From the NCBI GenBank assembly GCA_964106645.2, contig OZ067043.1: a stretch of 64,000 nt of DNA; one strand, written 5' to 3'. A program made the translations under genes and the position numbers. The DNA comes from Podarcis pityusensis (lineage: Eukaryota). This document shows, piece after piece, positions 36,664 to 50,378 of the stretch. Positions within the stretch are counted from its first letter, which is position 1; each line of letters starts with the position of its first letter. The notes under the pieces were generated by a model that saw only the letters and a list, made by a program, of their open reading frames with translations, ran no database searches and was not told the DNA's origin.

Positions 36664-37925
36664 TCCTAAGATATGTAGCCCCCTCCCCCAACCCTCCCCC
36701 ACACTCAGTAGGTTAAGCTAGTGTGGCTTTACATTAGTTTATAAATAATATGCCGTAATAATAATGTTAGTGGGCATTTCAGTCCGCTAGCTTTGTTTCA
36801 TCCTGCACCGAGGTGATAAAGTGGATTGGGGAAACCTAAATGTCGCTTAGCTTGATTTACAATTCACTTACCGGTAAGTAGAAATATGTAGACTGAAGCT
36901 GATTTGCCATTTCCATTAAGCTGATTTTAGTCAGCTTAACTGGCTTGTGGATAGGGTATCTCTTTATGTTAGTTAGTGTATATTATAGGGGGGGAAATAA
37001 ACAAAACCCACTTTCAAGTCTCCAGGTTAATTCACACCTTTTTAAAGAACCATTTATGATCCGTTTTTTTCCTTTTAGAAGTGAAATTCAGCAACATACT
37101 ATTGCAAAGGTTCTGTTCCCACAAATATTATCAGCTTGAGAGGAATGACCTCCTATCCCTCTCTGCGCATTCTATGGGTTCTCCCAATGCCCCCCTCCTC
37201 AGCCAATTTCAGGGGGCACACAAGGGAAGGAGGGGGAAGCCCCATTACACAAGCAGAAGCTCTTACACAGGGAGTCCACTGATGGAATTAATTTGGTGAA
37301 TCCCACCCCCATGTTAACGATTATACATTAAAAAAATAAAATAAAGAGCAAAGAGCAAACATTAAGTGTCGTTTGGCTCTTCCATCTTCTTCTTAATTGC
37401 AGAAAGTCAACCTAAAAATGCTTTAAAACAGACTTTTATATAATCATGTAGCGTATCCATGTCCCCCTTTTATTAGAAATGCGTTTTCTGATGCCATTTG
37501 AAGATAATTGACAGTTAACATCAAATAGCTAATGAAAAGCTTCCCTTGCCTTGTCAAAGCGGAGCTTTATGAGGCCAAACTCAGCATCCTCTGAAGCTTG
37601 TGGAAAGAGCTCTGTTAACTTCAATAGGAGCAGGATTGTGCCAAAGGGCTTATTGGAAAGTGAGTTATGTAAATTGTATACACATTAATAACGAGCCTCT
37701 TTAAGATAAAATGCAACTCAGCATGCTCACAATGAAGTCAATAATATGGTGCCAACAGCTCTTCATTCTCATTTAAGACTCACATGATTACGAACAGGAA
37801 GCGACTTGAAAATATTATTTCTATTGTTCTTTGTATAGTACTTTCTGGGTGCAGCAACTTCAAGAAACCTGTGGTGAGCATTGCCATTCCACTTTACAGA
37901 TGGCAAAACTGAGATGGAAAAATAA

Positions 37926-38062
37926 TAGAATTGTAGAGTTGGAAGGGAACCCAAGGGTCATCTAGTCCAGCGTTCTGCAATGCAGGAATCTCCGCTAAAG
38001 CATCCATGACAGATGAGCATCCAGCCTCTGATTAAAAATCTCCAAAGAAGGAGAGTCCACCA
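37926..38062 (-). mobile_element. CR1 LINE 3' end fragment
   Basis: tagaattgtagagttggaaggga..gtcatctagtcca..aaggagagtccacc. Confidence 0.75.
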
Positions 38063-38208
38063 GTGCTCAGTGAATTCAGTGAAAGTTAAAACATTGGTCT
38101 CCAAAAGCTTAATCTTCATTAATTTGGGCAGAGTCAAGAGCTCAGAGGTATAATATGCTCCATCTCATGCTTCCTGAATCTCATGGTGGGTTGCACTGCA
38201 CAGAAGCT

Positions 38209-38270
38209 ATAGAATAGAATAGAATAGAATAGAATAGAATAGAATAGAATAGAATAGAATAGAATAGAAT
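38209..38270. repeat. (ATAGA)n pentanucleotide microsatellite
   Basis: Direct reading. Confidence 0.95.
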
Positions 38271-38282
38271 ATGTCGTATAAC

Positions 38283-38437
38283 CAGTGCTTTTTTCTGGAG
38301 GGGACGCAGGGGCACACATACGCCTAAACATTTTGTGAATCTATGTTTGGCCTCATTGAGGGGCAGTATTTCAATATGAGTAGGAAAATGAAGAGTACCC
38401 CTAAACATTTGTTTAGAAGAAAAAAAAAGAAGCAGTG
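38283..38437. mobile_element. hAT-type MITE
   Basis: Termini cagtgctttttt / aaaagaagcagtg. 8-bp TSD cgtataac / catataac, differing by one CpG-type transition. Confidence 0.7.
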
Positions 38438-38735
38438 CATATAACAGTATAAGCTATAATAAAGTGTTCATTTTAAGGTTCTACAACCTTGTTTGTGCTG
38501 CAAGAGAGTACTTCTTCTCTTTACATCCTTTACTTCCAAAATAGTATTCAAGGCAGCAAGCAAAGCGTTCATCCAAAATGCCATTAAAATTAAAATCAAA
38601 AATTCTGAAAGCCTGGATAAAAAAATAAGAACTAGACGGACACTAACACAGCTACCCTTCTGGAAATATTTGTGTATATTTCATTGTTTTCATCATGCCC
38701 TATGAATCCTTCACCTCTAGCAGCAGTTAACAAAT

Positions 38736-38796
<61 letters not shown>

Positions 38797-38949
38797 CTGC
38801 GTGTGTCTTTGTGTATTTATATAGATCAATAGTAACAACCCCTATGGATATTGAAATACTTCCTCTTCCATTACTAGCATTTGCTGAAATCATTGCCCCA
38901 CCAGCATGACCACCCTATTTTAGAAGTTAAAAGATGTAAGGTACACAGG

Positions 38950-39284
38950 CCTCGGTCCTGTATACCTGAAGGAGCATCTCCACCCCATCGTTCAGCCTGG
39001 ACACTGAGATCCAGCACCGAGGGCCTTCTGGCAGTTCCCTCATTGCGAGAAGTGAGGTTACAGGGAACCAGACAGAGGGTCTTCTTGGTAGTGGCACCCG
39101 CCCTGTGGAACGCCCTCCCTTGATATGTGAAGGAAATAAGCAGCTATCTTCTTTTTAAAAGACATCTGAAGGCAGCCCTGTTTAGGGAAGTTTTTAATAT
39201 TTAATGCTGTATTGTTTTTAACACTTGATTGGAAGCCACCCAGAGTGGCTGGGGAAACTCAGCCAGATGGGCGGGGTATAAATA

Positions 39285-39325
<41 letters not shown>

Positions 39326-39350
39326 AATTATTAATTATTATTATTATTAT
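38950..39350 (+). mobile_element. L2 LINE 3' end
   Basis: Encodes TLRSSTEGLLAVPSLREVRLQGTRQRVFLVVAPALWNALP. Same family as 9728-10336, with a (TTA)n tail. Confidence 0.9.
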
Positions 39351-39759
39351 ATAGAACATACAGTAAAGTGAATAGGTCACAACCAGAAACATTAATTTAC
39401 ATTCCTTTGATTTAAGGATTTTAAAAACATGCACTAGAATGCGACTTTAAAGCTCTATTTCTGCAAACACTTGATTGTATATTCCATCTGAACAATTGTT
39501 TGGGGGTTGTAAAAGTTACTCAGGTGCATTAAAAAATTGCCCAAAGGGATCCTTTGTCTAACTTAGTCAACTTAAAAGATTTGTTCATTTTGATTTAATT
39601 TATACTGTGGATTCTTCTTCCGGAGTTCCATGTCCCAGTTTACCAAAAGTCTACACATGAATAGTCTCATTAACTTCAGTTAAAATAATGAATTGCTTAA
39701 GAGTAAATCTGTATATGGTTTCTGAATTCGAGGGCATACAAATTTGCATTAATTTTCTT

Positions 39760-40360
39760 TGTTTTTATTTAATGCATTTATATATTTGCCTTCCCCATTA
39801 ATTTTCCAAGGTGACTCACGTGAAAAACATCTCGTCGTAAAACAACCTACACCACAAGATCAATCTTAACACATGAAATATAACAATGAACACAAATACA
39901 ACCAATAAAAAACAGCTCAAAGAAGAAAGGCATTCTCTTTCAGCCCCTAAAAGAGATTAGCAAAGGAACTAAGCACACTGACTGGGGGTAGTGTTACAAC
40001 CAAAAGGGATTTGCTTTGACCTCAGTAGAGCGGCTTACCTAACCTCTGAAGTTGAAGACACCTGGAACATGGATGAAGATCTCAGTGGAAGGGCAGGAAG
40101 AGATGGGTACATGTGATCCCTCGTATACCCTTAAACCAAGCTATTCAGGGCTTTAAATACCAGCACCAGCACTTCAAACTAAGTATTGAAAGTCACTGGA
40201 CCCCTGGATAATACACTGGTGTGAGCTGCCCCTGTTAATAATCTTACCAAGGTATCTTGGAACCAGCTGTGGCTTCCAGACACATTTCGAGCTCATTGTA
40301 GTAACCTAACCTGAAGAAAACCAAATTGTGGATAACTGTGGTGAAGTCATCATTCAAGGG
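39760..40360 (-). mobile_element. Old, decayed L2 remnant
   Basis: agggctttaaataccagcaccagcacttc.. resembles 10095-10125. Similar remnants at about 42170-42400, 44820-45360 and 53490-53830. Confidence 0.5.
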
Positions 40361-40888
40361 GGATCACAGCTGGTGCCCTGCAGTTGGTGGGAAATGCCTT
40401 GGTTCACATGTGAAACCTGAGCATCCAAAAACAGGGCTGGTTATAAATGCATATGTAAGCTACAATCTTGGTCCTCCAAAGAATCATAGGTTGCAAGGGT
40501 CCCTGAGGATCAGCTCATCCAACCTCTTAAAATGCAGGAATTGCCATCCTTTGCATCCTGGCAGGGTGGGACATGACCTGGAAACTGTACACTGACTGCA
40601 AAAATGTAGACAAGGTATAAAAGAGCAACAAAATTCTTATAAAAATGGAGAACACAAGGAGCCTGTCATCCCTGACCATTGGCCATGGGGGCTGGGGCAT
40701 TGGAGTCCAACAGTATCTGAAAGGCTATATGTTTCCCAGACCTGAACTAGGAGATAGTAACACCAGAAGCTACCAAGTCAGACTACTGGTCTATCAAGCT
40801 TGATTGATACTGGCAGTGACTCTCCAGGATTGAGGCTGGAGACTTATTCATGCAAAGCATGTGATCTCTCACTGACCAGAAACAAATA

Positions 40889-41138
40889 CAGTCGTACCTT
40901 GGCAGTCGAAAGGAATCCGTTCTGGAAGTCTGTTCAACTTCCAAAACGTTCAGAAACCAAAACATGACTTCCGATTGGCTGCAGAAGCATTCTGCAGCCA
41001 ATCAGAAGCCGTGGAAGCCACACCAGATGTTTGGCTTCCAAAAATCGTTCAAAAACCGGAACACTCACTTCTGGGTTTCGATCATTCAGGAACAGATTTG
41101 TTTGGGAACCAAGGCATTCGGGATCCAAGGTACAACTG
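40889..41138. mobile_element. Tc1/mariner (Tigger-like) MITE
   Basis: TIR cagtcgtaccttgg / ccaaggtacaactg with TA TSD. Confidence 0.88.
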
Positions 41139-41533
41139 TAACCTATTCTACAGCTCTAACTACTGGGGGTCTTCTAGACAGTGAACAACAAATTTCAAAA
41201 CCTATTATGCCAAACCTACACAACTTTTGAGACATTAAACTTTAAAAAGTTTGCAGTCATTCCTATAAGTAGCCCACTTGTTTGGTTGGTGAGCTGTACT
41301 GTATTTAGTTTGGCAGGTTGCTTGTTGTACGGGCTTTATATTATGCGCCAGTGTTTGAAGGGGAAAACAGAAAGAAAGAATGTACGTATGATTAAATGTT
41401 TATTAAAATTAAAATATTCAAGTTTTAATTATGCTTAATTGTATATAATTAAAATGGGAGGATTAGGGAAATTAATAAACATTTCATCTGAGATTAAGCA
41501 AAATCAAAAGGACATGTTATAGAACAATACTTC

Positions 41534-41577
<44 letters not shown>

Positions 41578-42417
41578 AAGTATATGTATTAGACTTTGCT
41601 ATCTGACATGTCTTTTGAAAACTTAAAGGCCCAGCCTAACATTCTTGTGTCTACTGATAATTAAATTCCTGAAATATTAATTGTTCTGAAAAGTCAAATC
41701 CACTTACCAGGCCCTTGTTCACTTCTACGATGCTTATGATGGCAGGCCACACTGATGTTCAGAGCCAATATCCCCTTAAAGTGCATCTGCTTCACATTAT
41801 AATATAAAATATATAATCATTATATTGCTTCAGTGTTTAATATTTGCCCTTTGGTGTGTAGATGGAAAGTTTGACAAATAGAGGCGTCATTGTGCTTTGG
41901 CTCAGAATTAGCAATGCACATTGACTGATGCAGAGGAAAACTTGTGATTCCTGTTCCTCCGTTTCTCCATCTTGTTTGAAATAGAATTTCCATACCTCCC
42001 TTGCTTGGAAGATGTGCACATTCTAGTTGGATAAATAGAAAGGAAGATTCCTGGCTTGTGATCCCCATATCAACTACTGGATAAAGATACGTGTAGAATC
42101 AGCCCTTCACTGGCTGAAAAGTTGTTAAACTATTTTGTTTACCCCTTCACCATCATCACAACAACATTAATATTCCACTACTGTTACCATTTCTGATATG
42201 TAGCTTTCCCAGACCACAAGTTCTCTGGGCAGCTCACAAACTAAAGAACAATCAAATTGCAGAACAAAACAATAGCAGCCCGTAAAACGCTGGCTATTTA
42301 GAAGTCCTGGGTAAACAAAAAAGTCTTCACCTAGTGCTGAAAAGACCGCAAACATGGTGGAAGACATTTCATAACTGGGGTGTCACTATCAAAAAAGCCA
42401 CTTGGCTGAGGACTATC

Positions 42418-42720
42418 AAAGGTAAAGGGGCCCCTGATCATTAGGTCCAGTCGTGACCGACTCTGGGGTTGCAGCGCTCATTTCGCTTTATTGGCCGAGG
42501 GAGCCGACGTACAGCTTCCGGGTCGTGTGGCCAGCATGACTAAGCCGCTTCTGGCGAACCAGAGCAGCCTTGCACTTTCTAGTGCTTTCGAACTGCTAGG
42601 TTGGCAGGAGCAGGGACTGAGCAACGGGAGCTCACCCCATCGTGGGGATTTGAACCGCCGACCTTCTGATTGGCAAGTCCTAGGCTCTGTGGTTTAACCC
42701 ACAGTGCCACCCACGTACCT
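42418..42720 (-). mobile_element. Sauria SINE with an internal deletion
   Basis: Family match. Imperfect TSD ttggctgaggactatc / ttggctgagggctacc. Confidence 0.88.
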
Positions 42721-42833
42721 TTGGCTGAGGGCTACCTGCAGCCATATTAGATGCAACAAAACAAGGCTGAACAGCGTCATTCAAGCAAGTGGAGCAACAT
42801 TGTGCATTGCAGCTGCAGTCCTCTATATATGTA

Positions 42834-43074
42834 CAGCGGAACCTCGGTTTTTGAACGTAATCTGTTCTGGAAGACCATTCAACTTCCGAAATGTTTGAAA
42901 ACCGAAAACTGAAAGCGGAAGCCTCAATACAATAGGGGAACTCAAAACGGAAGCTGCGAAGCACGTTCGGCTTCTGAAAATAGTTCGAAAACTGGAACAG
43001 TTACTTCCGGGTTTTCGGCGTTTGAAAGCCGAAACGTGCGTCAATGGAGATGTTTGACAACCAAGGTTCCACTG
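42834..43074. mobile_element. Tc1/mariner (Tigger-like) MITE
   Basis: TIR cagcggaacctcggtt / aaccaaggttccactg with TA TSD. Related to 40889-41138. Confidence 0.87.
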
Positions 43075-45399
43075 TATTTGGAAGCCTGACTGAACATGGT
43101 TAAGATGCACATGGTTGTATCATAAAGTAATTGAGCAAGCTCCAAATTGTATATTTTCAGGGAAAGAAATTTTTTAATTTATATCATTTAAAACCTTGAA
43201 AACGAAGGGTGCTACTCCCCCCTTAAGGAAACTTGCTATACATTTTTGTTTCGTTTTTGGCATTATATCAGATAGATTCCAGCATAACACAATTGGTTTA
43301 CGTTATCCTTAAAATGAGGAAATAGTGGCAAAAAATGTATAAAACATAGCGCTTGTGTTTATGAAAGAAACATCCATAAAGGAAGAAACATTTTCTAACT
43401 TTTCTCATTAGCCCAATGAGAACTGCATCTTTAATCAAACAAAATGCAATGGCTTTCTAATTTTGTTTAAAGTGTTGCAGTACTTACACAAGCCAGATCA
43501 GGTTATTGTAAATCTAGAGCAAATTAGAATCATTGGCCTCTGCTGATGCATTCAAGGGTACTATGTAAATCATAAATTTAATGGCATACTAAGACACACA
43601 TCTGTTTCTATTTTGCAGAAGTTAATAATCTAACTACAGGGCATTTAAACATGACTTTCATCAACTGGAACATTGGAAAAAATAGAGGCTTTTCTATGAG
43701 TTGTGCTTAGCTGCATTTCACCCAAAATATGCCGACAGACTCCATATCTCAGTAGTTAGCCACCATATATTAGCTGATTTTTCTCACTGCACTTCAGCTG
43801 TGCATTGCTTCTTTAGCTAACATCTGCTGGAGACAGTACAGCACCACTAACTGAGCTTGCAAATGTCTGTGGCACACTTATGCCCCCCCCCCCGCCCCCC
43901 GCTTCAAAATTTGTTGTTCATGATAGATTAGAAGAAAATGTTAAGCATTTCCTAAGAAATATATAAACAACGTATGGCATAACCATTGTGAAATTTGTGT
44001 GGTTTTAATTCATTTCTATAAACAAAGCTGCTCCCAAACACTTCAATGTAATAGTAGTGGAAGTCCATTTGCAAAGAAGAAATGCTTTGTGGCTACCGCA
44101 AATGAGTGAACTATTATGCTCCTAAGAAAACACAATTGATATACTCATACTATTCAGAGCAAAGGTAAACTAAGATATGTTTGCCACTGGTTGGGTACAA
44201 GTATAATGTATAGCAAAGCAACAACAACCATAGTTTGTTGTCTTAACAATGGTTAAGATCCCATGTGTGTCATGGCTTCACTTGCTAAACTGTATGGTTC
44301 AATGGCAGATATAGGATGACTTTCGTAAAAAAATAAAATACTGCTTATTAATTTGCTGGCAGAAATACTGGAAAAGTGGATTAGCTGCCTTCACTGTGAT
44401 TAACACAAGCCATGGTTTGCAAAATAGTTCCCAGAACTGCTAGTTTCTGACTCCACATAAATACCACAATTTTATATTTCTATAGCCTTGAGTAATGTTC
44501 GGAGTTAGGATTTTAAAAAAATCATTTATTCCTTTGTCTTCAGTATTTCTATCCTGACATTCTTTAGAATTGTTTTTATTTACTAAAGGCATGACACAGA
44601 TAATTATGAAGGGATCGCACATGCACACAGTTTCATCAATATATGGTCAAACTAAAAGCAGTTTTCTGAAATTTTAGACATAAAACCTTTAAAAGCCGGT
44701 GGAAAAAGTCCATCCTAGGCACCCACCAAAAAGTGAGCAGCAATGTGGCCCAATGATTTCCACTGGGAAGATGTTTCATTGTCAGAGTGCCACACAGAGG
44801 AGGTCCTGCCCCTGTATGATTATTATTAATTTATGCACAGCTTAATGCCAAAATAGCCTTCTAAGCCCTTTTATGAAATATAAACAACAGTTACGCCAAC
44901 TTGAAGTGATAAAATCCAATATTAAAATCCATAACAAAACCATCCTATTCATATATACATGCATGGCAATATGTACATGCATAGTTAAAACAAAACCAAT
45001 CCCATTAAAACAACACAGCAATTATAGCAGGAGACTCAGGCCAAGAGATCAAAGGGAATGCTTGTATAACAGGTACATCTTCAAAAGCGGTGGAATGGCA
45101 AGACAGATAGTGACTCTTCTATTTCAGTAGGAAATGCATTCCTTAACACCAGTGCTAGTAATGAAAATGCCTGCCATTGCATTAACACAAGCCGATAATT
45201 GTCAGGTTGTGGCAAGACTAACTGGGCTCCATCCATTTGCTGATCTTATTAATGTCCTTTCTGGGCAATGGAGGGGAAGTCTGTCTTTCAGGTAGCCTGG
45301 TCCAGTTTTATATGTAACAAGACCTTAAAACTTGCTCCATGGCTAAATGGCAGTGCAGGTCCCTCAGCACTTGCATACATGCCTGGTAAAGGGAACAAT

Positions 45400-45542
45400 G
45401 TTTAATGTTCTGTTAAGTTTTTATATATGTTGGAAGCCACCCAGAGTGGCTGGGGCAACCCAGTCAGATAGGCAGGGTATAAATGCTGATGATGATGGAA
45501 GAGGATGTCCCTATTTTCACTGGAGAAATGTTGGAGGATATG
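45400..45542 (+). mobile_element. Composite TIR element, right part (copy C)
   Basis: L2 tail followed by ggatgtccctattttcactggagaaatgttggaggatatg. Confidence 0.65.
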
Positions 45543-46675
45543 GAAGCCTGGCTGGATCACAGAGCCCCCCTACAACGTGAACATTTTTAAAGGGGAGTGT
45601 GACCACGTCCAAAACAGATTGGATTGACTCCAGCTCCTGGATAATGAGAATATGCTATTAATTACTTATGAATAATAGCAATATATTTGTCAGCATGCCT
45701 AAAGTAGCTCTATGGATCCTAGCCACAATTCATGAATTTGCACCGCAACAGGCTTAGCCCTGTTATCTATATCTATGAGGATCATATATTACAGATCCTA
45801 TTCTAGGACGAAGGCCCACAGAAGAAAATTTGGGTTGGTTGCTTGTTTTTCTTCGAAGCAAAGACAATTTAAAGGAATGGTCAGAGTGAAATTTGGCTCT
45901 TTTACTCTAATATGCAACGTGATAATAAAAGACTTGGTGTCAGTGCTTCTGGCAGCAAGATAAACCACTGTGTGATGACAGATTTCTAATGATTAATGCT
46001 ACAGTAAACTCAGAACACAATTGCAGCAAAGTGCCAAGGTTAAAGCATGTTGCAAATTAATTTAAATGGGCATTCATGAAAACGATAATGGCCAACATTT
46101 TGATAGTTCATGAAGAATGATCTGATTTCTAAGGAAATTGCTCCAAGGGAGGGAATGGACGTAAGCTAAGGGGGCCAGAGATCAGTTCCTCACTATTTGC
46201 GGATTCCTTTTCGCTAATACTGTGCAAGCTGCTCAGTTCTTCTCTTTGAGTGGTGTAAATAAGCATAAAAAATATGTTGCCTTAATCAGTACCACATCCA
46301 GTGTGCTGCTATGCCTCAAAGACATAAATATACAACGCTGAAATACACTGAGTCAGTATCCCTCTGCGTTTGTGAGACCTACATACTTATTCTCCCATGC
46401 TTCTTTGTTTTATTTCGGCATTGATTTTAGTTATGATGTCAAAGGTCAAATTGGAATACCTGCATGACTGTTCCTGCACCAAGTCCATGGAACAAGAATA
46501 CTTAGGCTGCAATCTTAACTCCTGGCTGCCAATGGTGGGGTCTTGATAGAGTGTAGCAACCTCACCACCCTAGCACTTGTCCAGACCAGAATTGGGGGCA
46601 TCTCCCAGGCTGGTGCAGTGAAAAGCCCTGGATCAGTCCTATTGCCGACATGCAATGGCAGTAGGATCTGTATAC

Positions 46676-47074
46676 TAGGGCCGGGCAATATCTGTTTTTC
46701 AACTTTCAGCTAAACATTGTGATATACCACAATATATCACAATGTCTGAAATAAGGATGGAGGGAGCTATGTAGAGGCATTGCCTGGCTTCACGGTTTTT
46801 CCTGCGTTGTGATTTTTGCTGGTGCCTGCTCTTGTGATTCGCTGCCCCCTGCATGAGGCAGGTGAGAGCTGAGCCAGCAGACTTAACAGGGGCTGTGGAA
46901 ATCAAGATAATTATTGGATGACTTCACAGTTTCTCCCACATTGTGGTTTTTGCATAGAGCGCACACACATCATGATTCGTGATATATTGCCAGGTCAAAA
47001 AATTATGTAATCAATATCACAATATGGACTTCAAACTGGTTTTGGACGATACATCGCTATATTGCCCAGCACTA
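46676..47074. mobile_element. Non-autonomous TIR DNA transposon (hAT-like, TAGGG terminus)
   Basis: Termini tagggccgggcaatat / atattgcccagcacta, with subterminal gatat/atatc repeats. Confidence 0.75.
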
Positions 47075-47079
47075 CTGCA

Positions 47080-47364
47080 ACGGGGTGAGCTCCCGTTACT
47101 CGGTCCCTGCTCCTGCCAACCTAGCAGTTCGAAAGCATGCAGTGCAAGTAGATAAATAGGTACCGCTCTGGTGGGAAGGTAAATGGTGTTTCCGTGCGCT
47201 GTTATGGTTTCTGTGCGCTGCTATGGCTTAGTCATGCTGGCCACATGACCCAGAAAAACTGTCTGCAGACAAATGCCAGCTCCCTCGGCCAGTAAAGCGA
47301 GATGAGCACCACAACCCCAGAGTCATTTGTGATTGGACTTAATTGTTAGGGGTCCCTTTACCTT
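47080..47364 (+). mobile_element. Sauria SINE, 5'-truncated
   Basis: Family match with ACCTTT tail. Probable TSD tactgca at 47073-47079 and 47365-47371. Confidence 0.88.
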
Positions 47365-48352
47365 TACTGCACAAGATGCCTATGGACTTTATTCCAATTT
47401 CATAGAGAGCAAAGCTAAGCAGAAAAGGAACAATTCCCACGCAACTCTTCCATTAACATGGCATTTGTAAAACTTATACAAAATAGACGATCAGGCTTGT
47501 GCCAATGGGTGTTTCTTGCATTCTCACGTTTGAGAATAAACTGTTCCCTCATACCATTTCCCTGCAACTTTTTTATTTGGGGTGTCAATTAGACTATAAA
47601 TGGCTGCACAGTTCTTGTACTGGAAATCTTCAATAGCATCTTAATGAATTATTTAATGTGAGTATATAATTAGAACTACTATTAGGCATGTGATTGATGT
47701 TCTTTGCAACAGTAGCATGGCATTGATATCACTCTTTTGACTGCTGTTTTTAGAAAGGCGGAACCGGGCTTTCAATCAGACTGGAGCAGTATTTGTCAAA
47801 AACCAACAGATTTAAAAGCAAATGCTTATTTAAGGAGAGTGGGGAGAAGACGGAAATGTAATATCTTTGATTTCCTATACTTTACTGATATTAATACCCT
47901 TCTGCTTCAGGTATTTGTAATTGGGGGGGGGAGAAGAACGACTGAATCAGAGACCTTTATATCTGTTGAAACAGAAATGACAGCTCTTGCAGCTGCTAGA
48001 TTCACACCAGGTGGCTTGACAGAAGCATGGTAAAATGTCAGCTAGAAGGCTTTTTGCTCTGAAGTGGGAGTGGGCTTCATTCCTGGTTTGATTGCATGAG
48101 GGACTCACTACCAGACACGTACTGATGAAGTGAATACAATCTTGTTCCTGAGCTGAGAAAGGACCATTTTTATGTATATATTTAAACACATTTTTACCTC
48201 CTTTCAATTAAACAACATGGGTTATTTTCCCTCCCCCAATGGCCTGGTTTTGTGCACCACACTGAACCAAACCATGGCTTGGCTTAACGTGGCACAACAA
48301 CAAACCTTGGTTATGGTTCACGGTTAGTTAGGAGAGGTCTAAACCTCTAAGC

Positions 48353-48490
48353 CAGCAGTTCTCACCCTGTGAGTCCCTAGATGTTGTTGGACTACAACTC
48401 CCATCACCCCTAGCTAGCAAGGCCAGAGCTCAGGGATGATGGGAGTTGTAGTCCAACAACATCTGGGGACCCACAGGTTGAGAACCGCTG
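48353..48490. mobile_element. Palindromic hAT MITE (138 bp)
   Basis: TSD ctctaagc. An older relative lies alongside at about 48515-48630. Confidence 0.92.
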
Positions 48491-49704
48491 CTCTAAGCCA
48501 AAGTGGTGCCGCTGCCCCCCAGATGTTGCTGGAGTATAACTCCCATCATCCTTCACTCTTGGCCATGCTGGCTGGGGCTGATGGGAGTTGTAGTCCACCA
48601 ACATGTGGAGGGTACTACATTGGTTACCCTCATGCTAAGCCAAGCCATGGCTTTGCTTGTTATGCCACAGTGGCAAAACAACTGTGGAGGAGCAAGGCAG
48701 CCTCAATGTGCTCCCGGGGCGTACACAAGCTGGTACGTTTGTGCTAAGCTGTAATTTGGATGAAATAACAATCGCCAGTAATTATGAGTAGTGTTGAAAG
48801 CAATAATAGCAGACTGAAAACTACATCTGAGATTAAAGCCTGAATTTAACTAATGTAGTGTGCTGGCAGAAGCCAGAATAATGAGGTCCCCGTCCCATTT
48901 CCTCTGACAAGTAGAGCTAACTAATTCTAGTTCTCCATTCTCCATCCTCTTCCTTGACGAGTTCTACAAGGACAGCACTGAGGCTAAGGTGACAGGCAGT
49001 ATCCCTCCCTGGACCAGTTGGAAGTAAGAAGGCAGGCAGGTGGGCCCTGGTTGAGGACAGGTTCAGGAGTGGCAGTGCCCCCATTCTCCCTAATGGATCA
49101 GCCACCACTGGGGGTGGGGAACAGTTGAAAGAATATCAGGTGGAAGAGGAGGACTGAATCTTTCTGTCTTTCTTCTTATTAGCATGGGGGCAGAGCCATC
49201 CTGAGTACAGGAATCTGGTGGAATTTACACTGGCTTAACTTAAACTGACATAAGTTACCCCTGTTCCAAATGCCATTCAGGAGTTGCGCTGCTGCCAGCT
49301 GAGCTGCTCTGAGCCTGGAAGTGGGACGATGAACTTTCAAAACATAGTTTGACATACACCAACCCTTTTTGCTGCCATAAATTTTGCCAGGGTGCCAAGT
49401 CACATGGCTTGACTTGAGGTCTGGAATAGGCAGAAGTCGCTCCTTGCCTTGCCCCACCCTTTGGGGGACTTATGCCAGCACAAATTCTGCCAGTTTAATT
49501 TCTGTTGGCTGAACTCCTGCTGAGCTAGTGTAGCCCAGGCTCAGCCAGGTTAAGGGAGTGTTGCCAGTGTATCTCCAGCTCAGCTGTGGTAGCCCAAGGT
49601 CCATCTATTGCAAACTCACTAATCCCAGCAGATCATGAGTTTGGACTATGCTCTATTCCCTGAAGCTATGAAAGAAATGGCAAAACGGACAGAAGGAACT
49701 AGGG

Positions 49705-49842
49705 CAGCGGTTCTCAACCTGTGGGTCCCCAGATGTTGTTGGACTACAACTCCCATCATCCCTGAGCTCTGGCCTTGCTAGCTAGGGGTGATGGGAGTTG
49801 TAGTTCAACAACATCTGGGAACCCACAGGTTGAGAAAGGCTG
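49705..49842. mobile_element. Palindromic hAT MITE (138 bp)
   Basis: TIR cagcggttctcaacctgtggg. TSD aactaggg. Confidence 0.92.
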
Positions 49843-49868
49843 AACTAGGGCAATATACTGATGGGAGA

Positions 49869-49870
<2 letters not shown>

Positions 49871-49951
<81 letters not shown>
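49871..49951. repeat. (GT)17(GC)8(AC)15 compound microsatellite and perfect palindrome
   Basis: Direct reading. Confidence 0.95.
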
Positions 49952-49953
<2 letters not shown>

Positions 49954-50224
49954 GTTCCTTTCTCATGTGCTCCTAGACACCACCCACCCACTATGTACCG
50001 TAATCATGTCATGTCTGGTTTTCCCCTCAGAAATGTTTCTGTTGTGTATTCTTTGTCTCCTTAAACAAAGGTTCCTCTCGAATATTAGTTAATTAAAAAT
50101 ACTAAACTTAATTTCTGCCTAAGGAATGAGGAATAGCTTGGCTGAATCAAATGATCTCCATTTCACCAGAATCTGTTTAAATTAAAAACATCGGCTTCCA
50201 TAGTTGGGGGGGGGGGGGGAGTCC

Positions 50225-50378
50225 NNNNNNNNNNNNNNNNNNNNNNNNNNNNNNNNNNNNNNNNNNNNNNNNNNNNNNNNNNNNNNNNNNNNNNNNNNNN
50301 NNNNNNNNNNNNNNNNNNNNNNNNNNNNNNNNNNNNNNNNNNNNNNNNNNNNNNNNNNNNNNNNNNNNNNNNNNNNNN
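50225..50378. other. Assembly gap (154 N)
   Basis: Run of N. Confidence 1.

Noticed and set aside
36866-36879. 14-bp palindrome acttaccggtaagt with donor-like motifs on both strands
   Set aside because: A few palindromes of this length are expected by chance in 64 kb.
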